This document shows positions 11,221 to 26,208 of a stretch of DNA of 64,000 bases, in pieces (positions within the stretch are counted from its first letter, which is position 1; the number at the start of each line of letters is the position of its first letter). The position numbers and the translations under genes were made by a program. The notes below the pieces were generated by a model. The model was not told the origin of the DNA, did not search any database, and saw nothing but the letters and a program-made list of their open reading frames with translations. Source of the DNA: the human T2T-CHM13v2.0 reference genome, Homo sapiens. The stretch is from NCBI RefSeq assembly GCF_009914755.1, contig NC_060931.1. One strand, given 5' to 3'.

Positions 11221-11619
11221 TGATACTTGAGGTATAGTATTGTGTAGTATTACAACCTAAGAGAGAATCTTTGGAAATACATAGATTTGAGGGAACTTTG
11301 AAGAGGTAAAGTTTAGACTCACTGTGGTGGTTCTCTTGCTAGATTCTTGTGAAATTAGTGTGCCTTGATTTGCACGAAGGGGTTTTATTGGTAAAATCAA
11401 ATAGTCACTTTATTTTCCCAATTCACAGAAAGAAATCAATTGATTAATGGGTAAAATATTTTATTTAGGGTTTTCACATATGCTTTCTTGAAATCTTTGA
11501 TTTTTTGCTATTGCTTAGCTATAAACAAGCACTGAGACATAAAAATACATAAAAATAGTAAATAAATCCCAACCAAAAAAATCAGAAAGAAACTATAAAG
11601 CTTGCTTTGACAACTTCTT

Positions 11620-11710
11620 ACTTTTAAACATGTACCAGGCACCTAGCACAGTGTATGTGCATAATAGGGTCACTATAAATATTTGTTGACTGAATCAATT
11701 AATTAATTGA
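11620..11710 (+). mobile_element. L2 3' terminus
   Basis: cacctagcacagtg...cactataaatatttgttgactgaat. Confidence 0.65.
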
Positions 11711-12037
11711 ACATCTTTCCATTCATGGTGCTTTCTCAAACTAGACTATTTGGTGCCTTGCCACCTGAGTACGTTTCAGACCTGTTCTATGAGCAAATAA
11801 AAAGATATTGAAGATTTAGAGCAGTGAAATGACACAAAGAAAGTGGTATCTGGGACGTTTAAGTCAGCCATTGTGTGAGAGTTTGAAGGTGGGAGTGATC
11901 AAATCAGTTGGGAAGATCAGACATGACTTCAAGCAGCACATCAAGTGTTCCTTAAAGGATAGGTAAGAGGCTGATGGTAAGAGGAAAGGGAAAATATTCC
12001 AGGTAAAGGGAACAGTATAAGAAGAGACATAAAGATA

Positions 12038-12338
12038 GGCCGGCGCAGTGGCTCACGCCTGTAATCCCAACACTTTGGGAGGCCGAGGCGGGCAGATCAC
12101 GAGGTCAGGAGATGGAGACCATCGTGGCTAACACGGTGAAACCCCGTCTCTACTACAAAAATACAAAAAATTAGCTGGGCGTGGTGGCGGGTGCCTGTAG
12201 CCCCAGCTACTCCGGAGGCTGAGGCAGAATGGCATGAGCCTGGGAGGTGGAGCTTGCAATGAGCCAAGATGGCTGCCACTGCACTCCAACCTGGGTGACA
12301 GAGCAAGACTCCGTCTCAGAAAAAAAAAAAAAAAAAAG
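12038..12338 (+). mobile_element. AluY-type
   Basis: Y diagnostics (gatcacgaggtcaggagat, ggctaacacggtg, ggagcttgca); 16-bp TSD gaagagacataaagat at 12021-12036 and 12339-12354. Confidence 0.97.
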
Positions 12339-12449
12339 GAAGAGACATAAAGATGTGGAATAGCATCCAAAGAGTCAGATACAAGACCAATTAGGTAGGA
12401 TGGTGCTAGAGTCTGTCAATATAAATTTGTGTATAATTCCACAGGCAGT

Positions 12450-13234
12450 TGTAGCAGAGACTGCTAAATGCCTGCCTAATATCCATTCACTTCTACTTTA
12501 TTGGTAAAAGAACTCCTAAAATATTAGGGGCAGCAATATGTTTAAATAAAAGACATTTCCTGGTCTCCATCACAGTTAGGCATGGCTATGTAATTAAGTT
12601 CTGGTCAATGACATACAAGTGGAAATGTTATGTGTGCCTTTCAGGGAAGTCTATTAAAGGGGAACAGACATCTGGGGATACCCCTTTCACCATTTCTGCC
12701 ATTAGATTCTCCAGCAACCACACAGGTCCCACAAGTGACCTTGAGGATGAAAACCAAATTCTAAGGATGAAGCAGAAAGATAGGAGAAGCCTGGGTCCCT
12801 GATGACTGAAGCCAACGCGCTCCTCTAAACTGCCTGCCTCCAAACTAATGTTTTGTTTTTTTTTCAAACAGGGTTTTACTCTTGTCACCAGGGCTGGAGT
12901 CCAGTGGCAGGATCTTGGCTCACTGCAACCTCCGCCTACCCGCTCAAGTGATTCTCCTGCCTTAGCCTCCCGAGTAGCTGGGACTACAGGTGTACACCAC
13001 CACGCCTGGCTAATTTTTGTATTTTTAGCAGAGACGGGGTTTCACCATGTTGCTCAGGCTGGTCTTGAACTCCTGAGCTCAGGTGATCCACCCACCTCGG
13101 CCTCCCAGAATGCTGAGATTACAGGCGTGAGCCACTAAGCCCAGCCTCCAAACTCATTTTGAATAAAATAATAATCCCTTGTGTTATTGTAGCTTGCCTA
13201 TCACAAGCAGACAGACTTAATACTAACTGATACA
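12450..13234 (+). mobile_element. MLT1J/I-like MaLR LTR interrupted by an Alu
   Basis: TG start tgtagcagag, ctaagttctggccaatg-like core, ctgggtccctgatgac, ends ctaactgataca. Confidence 0.75.
12850..13146 (-). mobile_element. AluS
   Basis: Full dimer; tccaaact on both flanks. Confidence 0.96.
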
Positions 13235-13479
13235 GTGGTAGGGAGCCATTGAGGAGTTTTGAGAATAGAAATGACTCAGCCAAAAGACATCACCTACTGC
13301 ACCTGAGGAAATTATTATTCTTCTACTTGCCCACCTGACACAGGAGAAAGGGAGCAATCACACGCTCGTGTGTGAGAAGAACAAATTTTCAGATTATAAA
13401 AGTTTTGGAATCTTGGGACATAGGACAAGAACATTACTGCCAGGGTACCAATTTGCATTTTTTTTTCCAGTTCATTGTG

Positions 13480-13690
13480 ATATTTAAGAGCTTGAGAATC
13501 AGATCAGGATTCAAATTTTGTGTGTGCCATTTATAATAAATCTAGGACAAGTTAACTTTTCCAAAGTCCAGTATTCTTAGCTATTAAATGGGCTAAAAGT
13601 ACCTTCCAATCAGGGTTGTTGCAAAAAACAAATGAGAAAATGTAGGTCAAGTTCCTTGCCAAAGGCTGGGGCCTAGTTGTATTTATCACT
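13480..13690 (+). mobile_element. MIR relic
   Basis: ggattcaaat...tgccattt...ggacaagttaac...taaatggg...agggttgttg. Confidence 0.6.
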
Positions 13691-14064
13691 GCTGTACTGC
13701 TATTTTGTTTCCTGCACTTCAGTATACACATAACGAACACTGCAGTCTCCTCTTCAGGTTCCATTTTTCATGATCCTCATTTAGAGGCACAGGACCACTC
13801 TCAAGACTTACTTGTTTTCATAAAAAGAAGAAAAGAAATTTGGGGGAATGTGCAGAGTCGCCCTTTACTCAGTCTCTCAAAGGAGACTGTGCAGTGATTA
13901 TCAGAAATCTCTTATACATAAAGAAAGAGTATGGCCCAAAAATGTTAGTTTCTGTACAATTACAGAGAACGTGGAGCTGTATCTTACTCATAGTGAGGTT
14001 AGAAAATGCTACCAGTTACCCTTTTCTATGCAATTTCCCATAAGTGATCGTCCTTCTAGATATG

Positions 14065-14800
14065 TGTGCTATCATAAGCAATATATTTGGTCTTTATCTC
14101 TGGTTCCTGGCACAGAGCACTTAAAACCTTTAGAATTTCCCAAGTGATAGGAGTATATTTTGTTATTGAATCCCTTTTTATCACACTTGAGTTTATACTA
14201 ATGAGATGACTTAGGGTGGGGCTCCTATATAGCAGCAAGATGGGACTGGTCACCAGAAAGACCAATTGATTATAGGGCTGGAACTTTCAGCCCCCCAGGG
14301 AGGGGCGGGGAAGACTGGAGATTAAGTTCTATAAAAACTCTCGAAATGAGATTTGATGAGTTTCCAATTTGGTGAACACGTCCACGCAGTGGGAGCATGG
14401 AGTACCCCATGGGGACGGAAGCTGCTATGCTCCGTACCCTTCCAGACCTTGCCCTGTGTACCTCTTCATCTGGATGTTCATTTGTATCCTTTATAATAAA
14501 CTGGTAAATGTAAGTAAAGTGTCTTCTTGAGTTCTGTGAGTCATTCTAACAAGTTATGGAACCTTAGAAGGGGTTCATAGGAAGCTCCTATTTATACCTG
14601 GTTGGCCAGAAGCACAGGAGGCCCAGGACTTGCAAATGACATTTGAAGTAGGGGGCAGTTTTGTGGGACTGAGCTCTTAAGCTATAGGGTCTGTGCTAAC
14701 CCCAGGTGGTTAGTATCAGAATTGAGTTAAGTTGTTGAACACCCAGCTGGTGTCCAGTGAGTCCAAGAGTTGATTGTAGGTATTGGAAAACACTCCAGAG
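14065..14800 (+). mobile_element. MER21-family LTR
   Basis: ggttcctggcacagagc...ggtcaccagaaagacc...ggaactttcagcccc...cccttccagaccttgccctg...ttataataaactggtaa...gagttctgtgag matches MER21A/B as recalled. Confidence 0.8.
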
Positions 14801-15074
14801 TATGTTAATACTTCACATTTATGGATGTCTAGATGGGAAGTATTAGAAATTAATGGAGAAGGTTAATGTCTTTTTAAAAAGAAAAAGGCAATGTATAAAT
14901 GGTCTGTCTGATATCACTCAGTAATGAACAAGAGTGAGAAGAGACCCTAGGAGGAATTTTGTCTTTATATTCATTGCAGTATTTTGAGGGATATTTTTCC
15001 AGATTTTTTTTCCCACAGATATGTATACAAGGGCTTCCTTTATGTGTTTTAAACATAATTTGAATCACACTCTA

Positions 15075-15452
<378 letters not shown>

Positions 15453-15749
15453 TCACATAATATAGAGCTACATAAGTACTTACGTTTATATAGTCTTCCA
15501 TGGAGTTGATTTCTGTGATTTATGTAACCAATCCTCCTCCACTTTTCAATATTTAGGTTGCTTTCAAGTTTTCACTATTATAAACTATGCTGTGATGAAC
15601 AGTGCATCTTGTGCATATCTCCAAATTATAAATATTTTCTTGGAAAAATGTATAGAAATGGAATAGCTTGGTCACTGAAACATTTGAAGTTCTCTTAAAA
15701 ATTCTTTAAAAATATCAGGAAATATGTTAAAAAAAAAAAAAAACCTTCA

Positions 15750-16052
<303 letters not shown>

Positions 16053-16494
16053 CTTCTTCAATACTCTAATGTGGTGATTTTGAATAATGTGGGAAATATT
16101 TTATTCATCCTTTGGATTCCTATTATATGTTTACTAAAAGAATATTTCAAAGACCATCTGTTTGAGTTTTCCCCAGACATAGAATGCTTATGTGCAATCC
16201 ACTTACTGAACTTCTTTCATATTTTTGACAGAAAAGCACAAAACTAATTTTTAACTTAAAGCATGAATTCAGTCTACTCAGAATCCAGATGTTTAGCTGT
16301 GCCAGAAAAATGTATTATTTCATAGAAAATCTTTCATTTTCAATCAAAATTTTGAAACAAAATACTTAAACACATCCTGCCATTGGATCCAAATATCATT
16401 TGTGAAACAAGGTCCATTTTTCAGCAAGAGTCCAATTTCAAAGTACGTTTGTGGCGTTAAGAGCCTTCTTCTAACATAAAGACATGAAAAAATT

Positions 16495-16535
16495 GAAAAA
16501 GAAGAAGAGCAGAAGAAAAGAGGAAGAAGAGGAAG
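16495..16535. repeat. GA-rich low-complexity tract
   Basis: gaaaaagaagaagagcagaagaaaagaggaagaagaggaag. Confidence 0.7.
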
Positions 16536-18177
16536 GGTTTGCTGCACTAAGTGAAAGCAATGGCAGTCATCAATTGTGTTCCAAAATTTAACACAACCAG
16601 TATATTAATTGATTAAATCTTAATACTTAATTTTTTACAGAAACAGTAAATTGCACCTTATTTCTGAGCCAGAAAGCTTTTACATCTATAATACAGTTGA
16701 ATCTATACACGATATGGAAAATAGTACAAACTATTGCCATTGCAGTACCAGTAATAAAATAAAATATGTACCCTACAATGACCATTTCATAGTTTTGTAC
16801 TTACCTGAACATTAGTTAATCACCAAACTTAATCACCATAGAGTTTTATGTTTTATATTTTATTGTGTTTCTCCTGTACTGCATTCATTTATATAAGCTA
16901 GGCTGGAATGTGACAACCTGGGGGCTCATCCACCATTGATGGCATTATTATCATAGAAAAACAACCTTAGTTACGAGCCCCTGACCCAGAAATTACGTTT
17001 TGGCTTTTTTTTTTTTTTGTGCCTAGAACTGCATGCAATGCCAAGGTTATGGCCTTTTGATTGTTGCCTTAAGGAGAAAATGGCTTTAATCATTAATAGG
17101 GAAGACTTGTCCCCCTAAGAAGGGAGCATACCCAGAAGAACCCAAGAAAGAAGAGCATCATTGTTAGACTCCTGGGTAATATTTCTAACTGGTTTGACAA
17201 CTGCTGGAGAAAAATACTTATGTGGCAGTACCAGAACCCAAGGCCTAACATCTCCAGCTGATGTATCATGAACTTCTTCTCTGACACATAAACGTCTGGA
17301 AATTACTGGAGAAACTCCCCCCACCTTTACCCCAATGCCCACTCCCTCCCAAGGCCATCAGAAATGCTCTTCCTTTGATTTCTTTCCCTCACATTGCTTC
17401 CTGTAGATCCTGTGTTCTACTCCTGCTGTTCTCACAAGCTCATTCCTTCTCCTTCTCCATTACCCCGCTCTAAAGACACCCTCCCACCTTTTCATTGTGC
17501 TTCAGTGCCTGTCATTCTGTGCAGATAAGTGAAAAGAAGGATGGGGAAAGGCTTTTTGATAAGATTGGGCATGGAGTAACAAAACCGTGGGCTTTCATCA
17601 GCTGATATAAATGATGGACCTCTCTTTTCTCCTGTTTTTCTCCATCCTGGGTCTGTTTATTGCAGCTGAGAAGGCCTACTAGTGCAGAAGGCCTGTTCTA
17701 ATCATTTATGACACATTGTAATGACAGTCTATTGGATTGTCTGCACAGCACCCATTTTTTAGGACTTGTCTCCCTACCACCCTATGCCCCCAGCCCACCA
17801 CATACAAGGTACCTGCAAAGTCTTTCCACTTCCTAGATATAGTTTATTGATCTTCATCCCTTCTCTGAGATTTTTGGAATTAAGACTGAAAAAGGTCAAA
17901 CTGTTTCCTGATGCTTGGACTCTATAAGGTATCCCAGGAAACTTTTTGTTCAAACAAGTTCAGATTCGTTTTCTGATGCTGTCAGAGCCTTAACTGACGT
18001 GTTCACACACACATACACATGCACACACATACAAGTTGGCTTTCTTCTCCAAGCAATTTTTATATCGTCTCTTCCCTGCCCTTTGCTTTAGTTAAGTGGG
18101 CTTCAGTAACCAGGGAAACAGTCTTGGTTTCCAGCCCTCAGAGATTAAGGAAAGGTGTCTTAGAAAAGACAGAAACA

Positions 18178-18490
18178 GGCTGGGTGCGGTGGCTCATGAC
18201 TGTAATCCTAGCACCTTGGGAGACTGAGACAGGCAGATCACTTGCGCTCAGGAGTTTGAGACTAGCCTGAGCACCATGGTGAAACCGAATCTCTACAAAA
18301 AATAAAAAACAAAATTAGCTGGGTGTGGTGGTGCATGCCTGTAGTCCCAGCTACTTGTTGGGGGAAGCTGAGGCAGGAGGATCAATTACTTAAATCCAGG
18401 AGGTCGAGGCTGCAGTGAGTTGAGAGCATGCCATTGCCCTCCAACCTGGGTGACAAAGTGAGACTGTGTCTTAAAAAAAAAAAAAAAAAA
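18178..18490 (+). mobile_element. AluJ
   Basis: Full dimer, J-type right arm (ggaggtcgaggctgcagtgag). Confidence 0.95.
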
Positions 18491-19573
18491 GAACAGACAG
18501 CAGCAGGGCTGAATTCCTTGCTCATTGGATGATGCGTAGAATTGCCACTCCCATCTTCCCTTGCCACATTTCTTCAGTTGCATGTGGCACTGACAAAGGC
18601 TAGGACTTTGCCATTCTTCCAATGCTAGCTGAATTCCAGCCAGCAACTGACTTTACAATGCCTTCTTTGCAAGATTTGGATGGGCAATCACAGATCAGCC
18701 AGATTCAGGGTCAGGAGCCATTTTGAAGTTCAGTTTCAAGTTAGGAAAAACTGTAATACTGAACCCCTCAAAGATACTGGCTCAAGTATCTAGTTTAAGG
18801 AGTAGGTCAGTAGAGGACTGGCCTTGGGTTCCCACTCCTTGTTGGAGGTGGGATCACTATGAAGCGGAGAGTGTTGAGAAAAACCCTGAGGCCAACCAGC
18901 CAGCCAACAAAAACCCTACCTGCAATACCCTGGGAGTATTCCTAATATAATAAGTATTATTCGAGTTAAAAGTAATACATCTCCCCATGTTTAAGTGGCA
19001 TGTGGTTGGAAGATAAGGTTCTTGCTTTTTAATAGAAAGGAATAAAACACTGAAAAACCAAGACTTGAAGATGACTTTTTGCAATACAACCTTTCCGAAA
19101 TAAGGCACAGTCTATTCTCAGAGCATTAAATTTCTTCTTCCTTTGAGTTCCCATTTTGTAATGGTTGGTCCTTTTCTACTAACAAACAAATGCATTACAG
19201 ACTTTTCTCTTTCTAGTGATCTAAAATGTTGCTAAGTTTGCACTGTGGTCCACAATTTACAAATACTATGTAAGACTCTTATGCTAAACTGCAGGATTGA
19301 AGAAAATACTCAGACTTAAATAGTGATACTCTTTGCAGACTTGGTGTAATTTCAGTGTAATTTTATATCTGGGAAAGGATTTATTGGTAACAAATTACAA
19401 GCTGTGCTCCAATTGCCACATTGCTGGAAATGGCTGGAAGATCAATGCCTTTAGAGCATCTACAAACCCAAAAAGTCTTTTCATCCTACAATAATGGCTC
19501 TTTTCTGTGTTTGCACACACTAAATTCTACGAATTAAGCTAGCCTCATCGAACCTCTTAGAAATCATGTCAGA

Positions 19574-19901
<328 letters not shown>

Positions 19902-20579
19902 TCATGTATTTCAACCAGAAAGTCTTCTCTCAACTTTAAATAGGATGAGGATTCTTTGCAAAGCAAAGAATCTTTGGCTCCCTGCTTGACATTGCCCCCA
20001 CTTAGGTGTCAGGAAGCTATCCTTTACTCTGAGCATTCATGTGCACTAAAGCTGGAGGCATGTAGTTAATATTGCCATTATAAAGTCTGTTTAAATGTTT
20101 TTTCTCACTGGCTGTAGCAGGAAGGCTTCTGGGAAGACTTATTTCACCTATGCAAAAGATTATCTGGGGCAGCTATTTTTCCTGGAGGTTCCATGATTTA
20201 ATTTTTGGGCCCTTTACTGGATTCTTTCATCTATGAAATGTGTCCAACATCCTAATTTACCTTTCAGAAATACTAATAATACATTATTACTATGCAATTT
20301 ATTTTGAAGATTTTTCAAAAGGCATGTTTTCTCCTACTCATTTACACAGATGGTATTCATTTATTTAACAATTAGCATCTACTAAGAGTAAACACATGAA
20401 TGCAAAGATTGAGAGTTCAACTAAACATACAGTGTAAGAATACTCACTAAATTCACAGAGACTCAAATTGATTGCTGCCATTGATTATTGTATATTTTTC
20501 TCTTTTATTCTCTCCTTTTTGAGGATAGATCCCAAACTGAATTAATTATCCATTCTTTAAAATCTTCTCTTGAGTTTCT

Positions 20580-21110
20580 TTTCTTCTTGATTGGCAGCAC
20601 CTACATGCCCAAGTCAGAAAGCTGGGAGTCTTCTCAGATTTTTCTCCTTCATATATACTCCCAAATCCCAACACGTCCCCAAGTTCTGTTAATTTCACCT
20701 GTTAACTTCTTGCTCTGTACCCTTCCCTCCATTCTCACATCTTTCCTAGTTCAATGCACTATCGACCCTCATCTAGACTATTATAACAACCTCTTAACTG
20801 GTCTCTCCATCCCCATGCCTCTCCTTGTTTATTCATGCTGCATCTAGAATGATATTTTAGAAAAGATATTTGATTGTAAACTTCTCTGCCTACAATCTTT
20901 CATTGATTCTTCATTGCTGTTAGGTTAAAATACAATTGATTTATATTCACTGCCTCTCCAGCCCCATATGCCACCACACTTTCTGCCACTCTCTTCTCCA
21001 GCCACACAGAATCACTTGGCCTGCCCTAAAGGTCCAACTATCTCTAATATCTGAGGGTTTGCTTTATCTAAAAGAATCTCACTCTCCCCTCTCTGCCATC
21101 CCACTCCATA
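20580..21110 (+). mobile_element. L2 relic
   Basis: ctagactattataacaacctcttaactggtctc ... ccagccacac pattern of the L2 3' region. Confidence 0.65.
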
Positions 21111-21184
21111 CTTGATTGATAAAGCCTCAGGCTTCAGAACTGTCATCCATTATTGCCTTAACAATGGCAATAAAAATTACCTAT

Positions 21185-22330
21185 TAAACCAAAACAAAAA
21201 GAGACAAATGAAACTACATCAAACTAAAAAGTTCCTGCATGACAAAGGAAACAGTCAACAGCTTGAATATATAACCTGCAGAATGGGAGAAAATATTTGC
21301 AAACTATTCATCTGATAAGGGATTAATATCTAGAATATACAAGGAACTAAAATCACTCAACAGTAAAATAAATAATCGCACTAAAAAGTGGGCTAAGGAC
21401 ATGAATAGATACTTCTCTAAAGAAGACATATAAATGGGCAACAGGTATATGAAAAAATGCTCAATATTGCTAATCATCAGGAAAATGCAAATCAAAACTA
21501 CAATGCAGTATTATCTCACCCCAGTTACAAATACTATTATCAAAAAGACAAAAAGTAAATGCTGGCAAGAATGCGGAGAAAATGGAACTCATACATTGTT
21601 GGTGGGAATGTAAATTAGTATAGCCATTATGGAAAACAGAATGGAAGTTTTTCAAAAAGCTGAAACTAGAACTACCATATAATTCAGCAACTCCACTACT
21701 GGATATTTATCCAAAGGAAGGAAAGTCAGTAATCAAAGGGATACCTGCACTCCCATGCAGCACTGTTCATAATTGCCAAGATAGGGAATCATTCACAGTT
21801 TGTGTATCTAAGTGTCCATTAATGGATGAATGGGTAACAAAATGTGATAGATATACTCAATGAAATGCCATTCAGTCATAAAAAATAAAATTCTGTCATT
21901 TGCAGCAACATGGATGGAACTGGAGGACATTATGTTAAGTGAAATAAGCCAGGCACAGAAAGACAAATGTCACAGGTTCTTACTCATGTGTGCGCACTAA
22001 AAAAGTTGATCTGATGAAGGTAGAGAGTAGAAATGATGGTTCTCAGAGTCTGGGATGAGTGTATGGTGGGATGAAAAGAGTTTGCTTAATGGAGACAAAC
22101 ATACAGTTATATAGAAGGAGTAAGTTCCAGTGTTCAACAGCATAGTAGATGACTAGTTAACAATGATTTATTGTATTTTTTGAAAGAGCTAGAAGAGAAG
22201 AGTTGAAATGTTCCCAGCGCAAAGAAATGATAAATATTTGAGGTGATGGATATCCTAAATATCCTGATTTGAACACTACACATTGTATGCATGTATCTTA
22301 TGAACATGTACAATTATTATGTATCAATAA
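21185..22330 (+). mobile_element. 5'-truncated L1MA-type LINE-1 (ORF2 end plus 3'UTR)
   Basis: actacatcaaactaaaaag...atgcaaatcaaaactacaatg...gcaacatggatggaactggagg...tgaggtgatggatatcctaa...tgtatcaataa. Confidence 0.92.
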
Positions 22331-22811
22331 CGAATTGCCCATGAATCTCTTCTAAAGGAAATTTTCACTTTTGGTTTGTATTTGTAGTAAATTCCCTAAG
22401 ATTTTAGGCAGTTCAAGCTGCCAGTGTATCTATACCTGGTGACAGTGAGACTATAACCTTTTTTTTGCCAACATAGGATGGTCCTTCTATCTTTGGAAGC
22501 TAGAGCTCTTTTAAGCCACTGGGGTATTATTCCACAGACATGTGATGATTTAACTCTGAGTTAAGCCAGTTTCTTTCTGTGACTAATATTGCCTATAACA
22601 ACTTTTCCTGCTTCCAGGCTATCATTTGACAATGAAAACAACTTAATATTTTACTATATATCTTCCATAAGTAAGTTGTAAGATAACTTAAAAAAATACA
22701 AGGCAATTCTGACTCTTGGAACTAGTTTTCTTGAATCTTTGCAAATTGTTGACCTGCTTTGTGAAAGACATTCAACTCTGATGCTGCTTTCCCTACAGTT
22801 ATTTTAAAGTG

Positions 22812-22986
22812 TTTTTTTGTTGTTGTTGTTGCTGTTTTTAGAGACAGGGTCTCACTATGTTGTCCAAGCTGGAGTCTAGTGGTGTGATCATAGCTCACTG
22901 CAGCCTTGAACCCCTGGGCTCAAGCCATCCTCCAGCATCAGCCTCCTAAGTAGCTATGACTATAGGCAGGCACCACTCTGCTCAGA
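22812..22986 (-). mobile_element. Monomeric Alu (FAM/FRAM-like)
   Basis: Single right-arm-type monomer with (TTG)n tail and degenerate TSD tacagt(t/c)attt. Confidence 0.85.
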
Positions 22987-23349
22987 TTCTTACAGTCATT
23001 TGACAGAGCATGCTACTTACGTTGTTCTACAACCACTTATATGAACTGCCTTTGAGGTTCTGTTTTCTGAATGTACAGTGCCAATCTCAGAACATTCAAA
23101 CTATAGGCACTTATTGTTAGGTCCCTAGGACTTTTTGTTTTATTGTTTTCATGGCCAAACTCTTTACAAAACAAATTGGCAAAAAATCATTAAATATGCA
23201 GAGCAAATTTGGATTCTTAACAGAAAAGGTTAATCACTCCAAGTGCTAAGTAGAATTAATTTTATCCTCCAAAGAATTAAAAGTACTTGAAAGTCTTACT
23301 GATAGGTAGATCATCTCAGTGTATCTGAAAGGTTTTTCTTTGTTTGTTT

Positions 23350-23637
23350 TGTTTTTACTTACTGCACCCCACAGTAAGAAATTTGCTCTATATCATAACC
23401 TAGATATTGACATGTATATTGAAAGAGTATACACACACACACAGAGAGACATAATTGAAACAAAATATCCATGAAATAATACTTACCTTTAGTATAAGTG
23501 ATGCAAACTGACATTGCTAATTTTTTTTATTCTATTCTATTCTATACTATACTACCCTACAACATTCTAGTCACTATTCATTAAGTTGATTTCATAATCT
23601 GCAATTGGGGAACAATCTGCAATTTGAAAAGTACTGG
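23350..23637. mobile_element. hAT-Charlie-class DNA transposon relic
   Basis: cccacagtaagaaat...tgaaacaaaa...aatacttacc...(ttcta)n...tttgaaaagtactg terminus. Confidence 0.55.
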
Positions 23638-23811
23638 ATCATGTTTTAAAAAAAAAATACAAAAATAAGGCAAGTGAAGTAGAGTGGAGTAATTAGTTTT
23701 TTACTTTCTGGAACATTTTCGTGACGTTGTAGCCTTTAATTTCTAGGTGTTGCTGGTTGGGCTCAATCACCAGGACTTCCTACCTTCAAGGTGAGCATGT
23801 GAGCAAGTTGA

Positions 23812-24181
<370 letters not shown>

Positions 24182-24446
24182 CTAGGTAAGGACTTTTAAC
24201 TCAAGGTGTGCTGATCAAAACTTCGTCGCTGAAATGAGCATGGAAGAGAACCTCTTTCTTCTGGGCTCACCAACCTGAAAGAATGTGAGTCTGCGCTGTT
24301 TGCCGCCACCTTCATCTTGCTTTCGTGGGGAAAGCCTGACTGAATAATGAAGCCAATCGGGACTGCTCTGCTGAGGACTGGCAAGGGAGAGAGAGAGCCC
24401 TGGGATAAATGCTTGAGCAACTGGACCAAACTGTGAAGAATTCTAA

Positions 24447-24750
<304 letters not shown>

Positions 24751-26043
24751 TAAGTGAGAAGACCACATAACTGTGTCCGTACTGAAAATATTAATAAAGC
24801 CTATCTTCTGTCTCTCTTCTATCATCCCTGAGTAAATGGGCTGTTTAGTGACTTATACGACAGGATAGTATATTTTTTAAAATGTAAGTATTAATTTATA
24901 TGTTCTTCCCTCTTCCTGCACCAGTTCTTTTACCCCTTGTCTTCTCCCGTGTTGTCAGCTTGGCATTCTTTACTCATTTCCTCAGGAAAGGAATGATACA
25001 GCAGAAATGCAAAGTCTTGTATTTTCATTTTCAATTGCGCAGGCGTCAGGAGAACATGAAAGAGATTTGATGAATAAAAATCTTTGTAACTCTAAGACCA
25101 GAAAGGAATCCCTAGGTTGAGGAGTATGAAGAATGGAGGGAACATGAAGTGGGAGAAAGCTGGGAGAAGCCAGAGGCAAAGCTTTCCCGTTCTGCTCCAG
25201 CTCCTGGTCCCATGAACAGAGTCCAATGCTGATGCCTAGGGACTTCCTGGCTCCATTCAGGTGAGGACCATACATCCCCTGTGCTGAGGAATTTTGTTAA
25301 TTGTTTTTGCATTGAGGCTCAGTAAGAATTTTCTTGCAACAGCAGCTAGCACATCACTTGCTGAGTGTCTGGTGTCCCAGTATCTCCTCTAACCCTGGGT
25401 AGACAGCACCCACCAGGATGCACAAAAGCCCCCCGAAGTACAGTGTGAGGCCTTTGACGCACAGGAAGACATTAAAGTCCACTGCATACAGACTTAGATG
25501 AAACAAACTGTTACCAGCCAGAAATCGCTCTAGGCTAGGTAGTCATAAAAAAAACCCTATCTGACTTCTAACCCCATTCCCACCCCCAACTCACACCATG
25601 ACCACCACCACCTTTACTTGATTACTATACACTTTTCTAAATAGGGATTCAGTCCATTAGTACTACACTATTTTATACATTTTTGTTTCATGGCTTCTCA
25701 ACAAACGTCAAACCAGTATTACTTAAGCCCAATGCTAAGTTCCCTGTCCTCATGTGACTCTCACCATGCGTCAGGCGGTGCAGAAATGCATGTAGTTCAT
25801 CCCATTATATATGGTAAGTGCTGTCAGGTTCAAAGGGCTGATGGAATAGGGTTGGGCTAGGTGGCCTCTCAAGGCCCCTTCTATCATTGGAGAATTTTTA
25901 TTTGTTGTTTAATAACTATTACCCTGCATTATCATAACTTTCATTCTGGTTTAGCCATAAACATTCAACCTGCAGAGTTCAGTGGAGGAGTTTTCCTATA
26001 CTGTTTTCTGAAGGGTAAAATTTGGCATTAATTACAGATAAAA

Positions 26044-26208
26044 ACCAGGTGCAGTGGCTCACACCTGTAGTCCTAGCTACTGGGAAGACTGAGGTGGGAG
26101 GATTACTTGAGCCCAGGAATTCAAGGCTGCAGTGAGCTGTGATGGTGCCACTGCACTCCAGCCTGAGTAACAGAGCAAGACCCTGTTTCAAAAACAAAAC
26201 AAAACAAA
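26044..26208 (+). mobile_element. FRAM-like Alu monomer
   Basis: Single monomer with (AAAAC)n tail. Confidence 0.88.

Noticed and set aside
11248-11260. caacctaa resembling the right end of MADE1
   Set aside because: Intervening sequence does not match the TIR and fits the host L2 instead.
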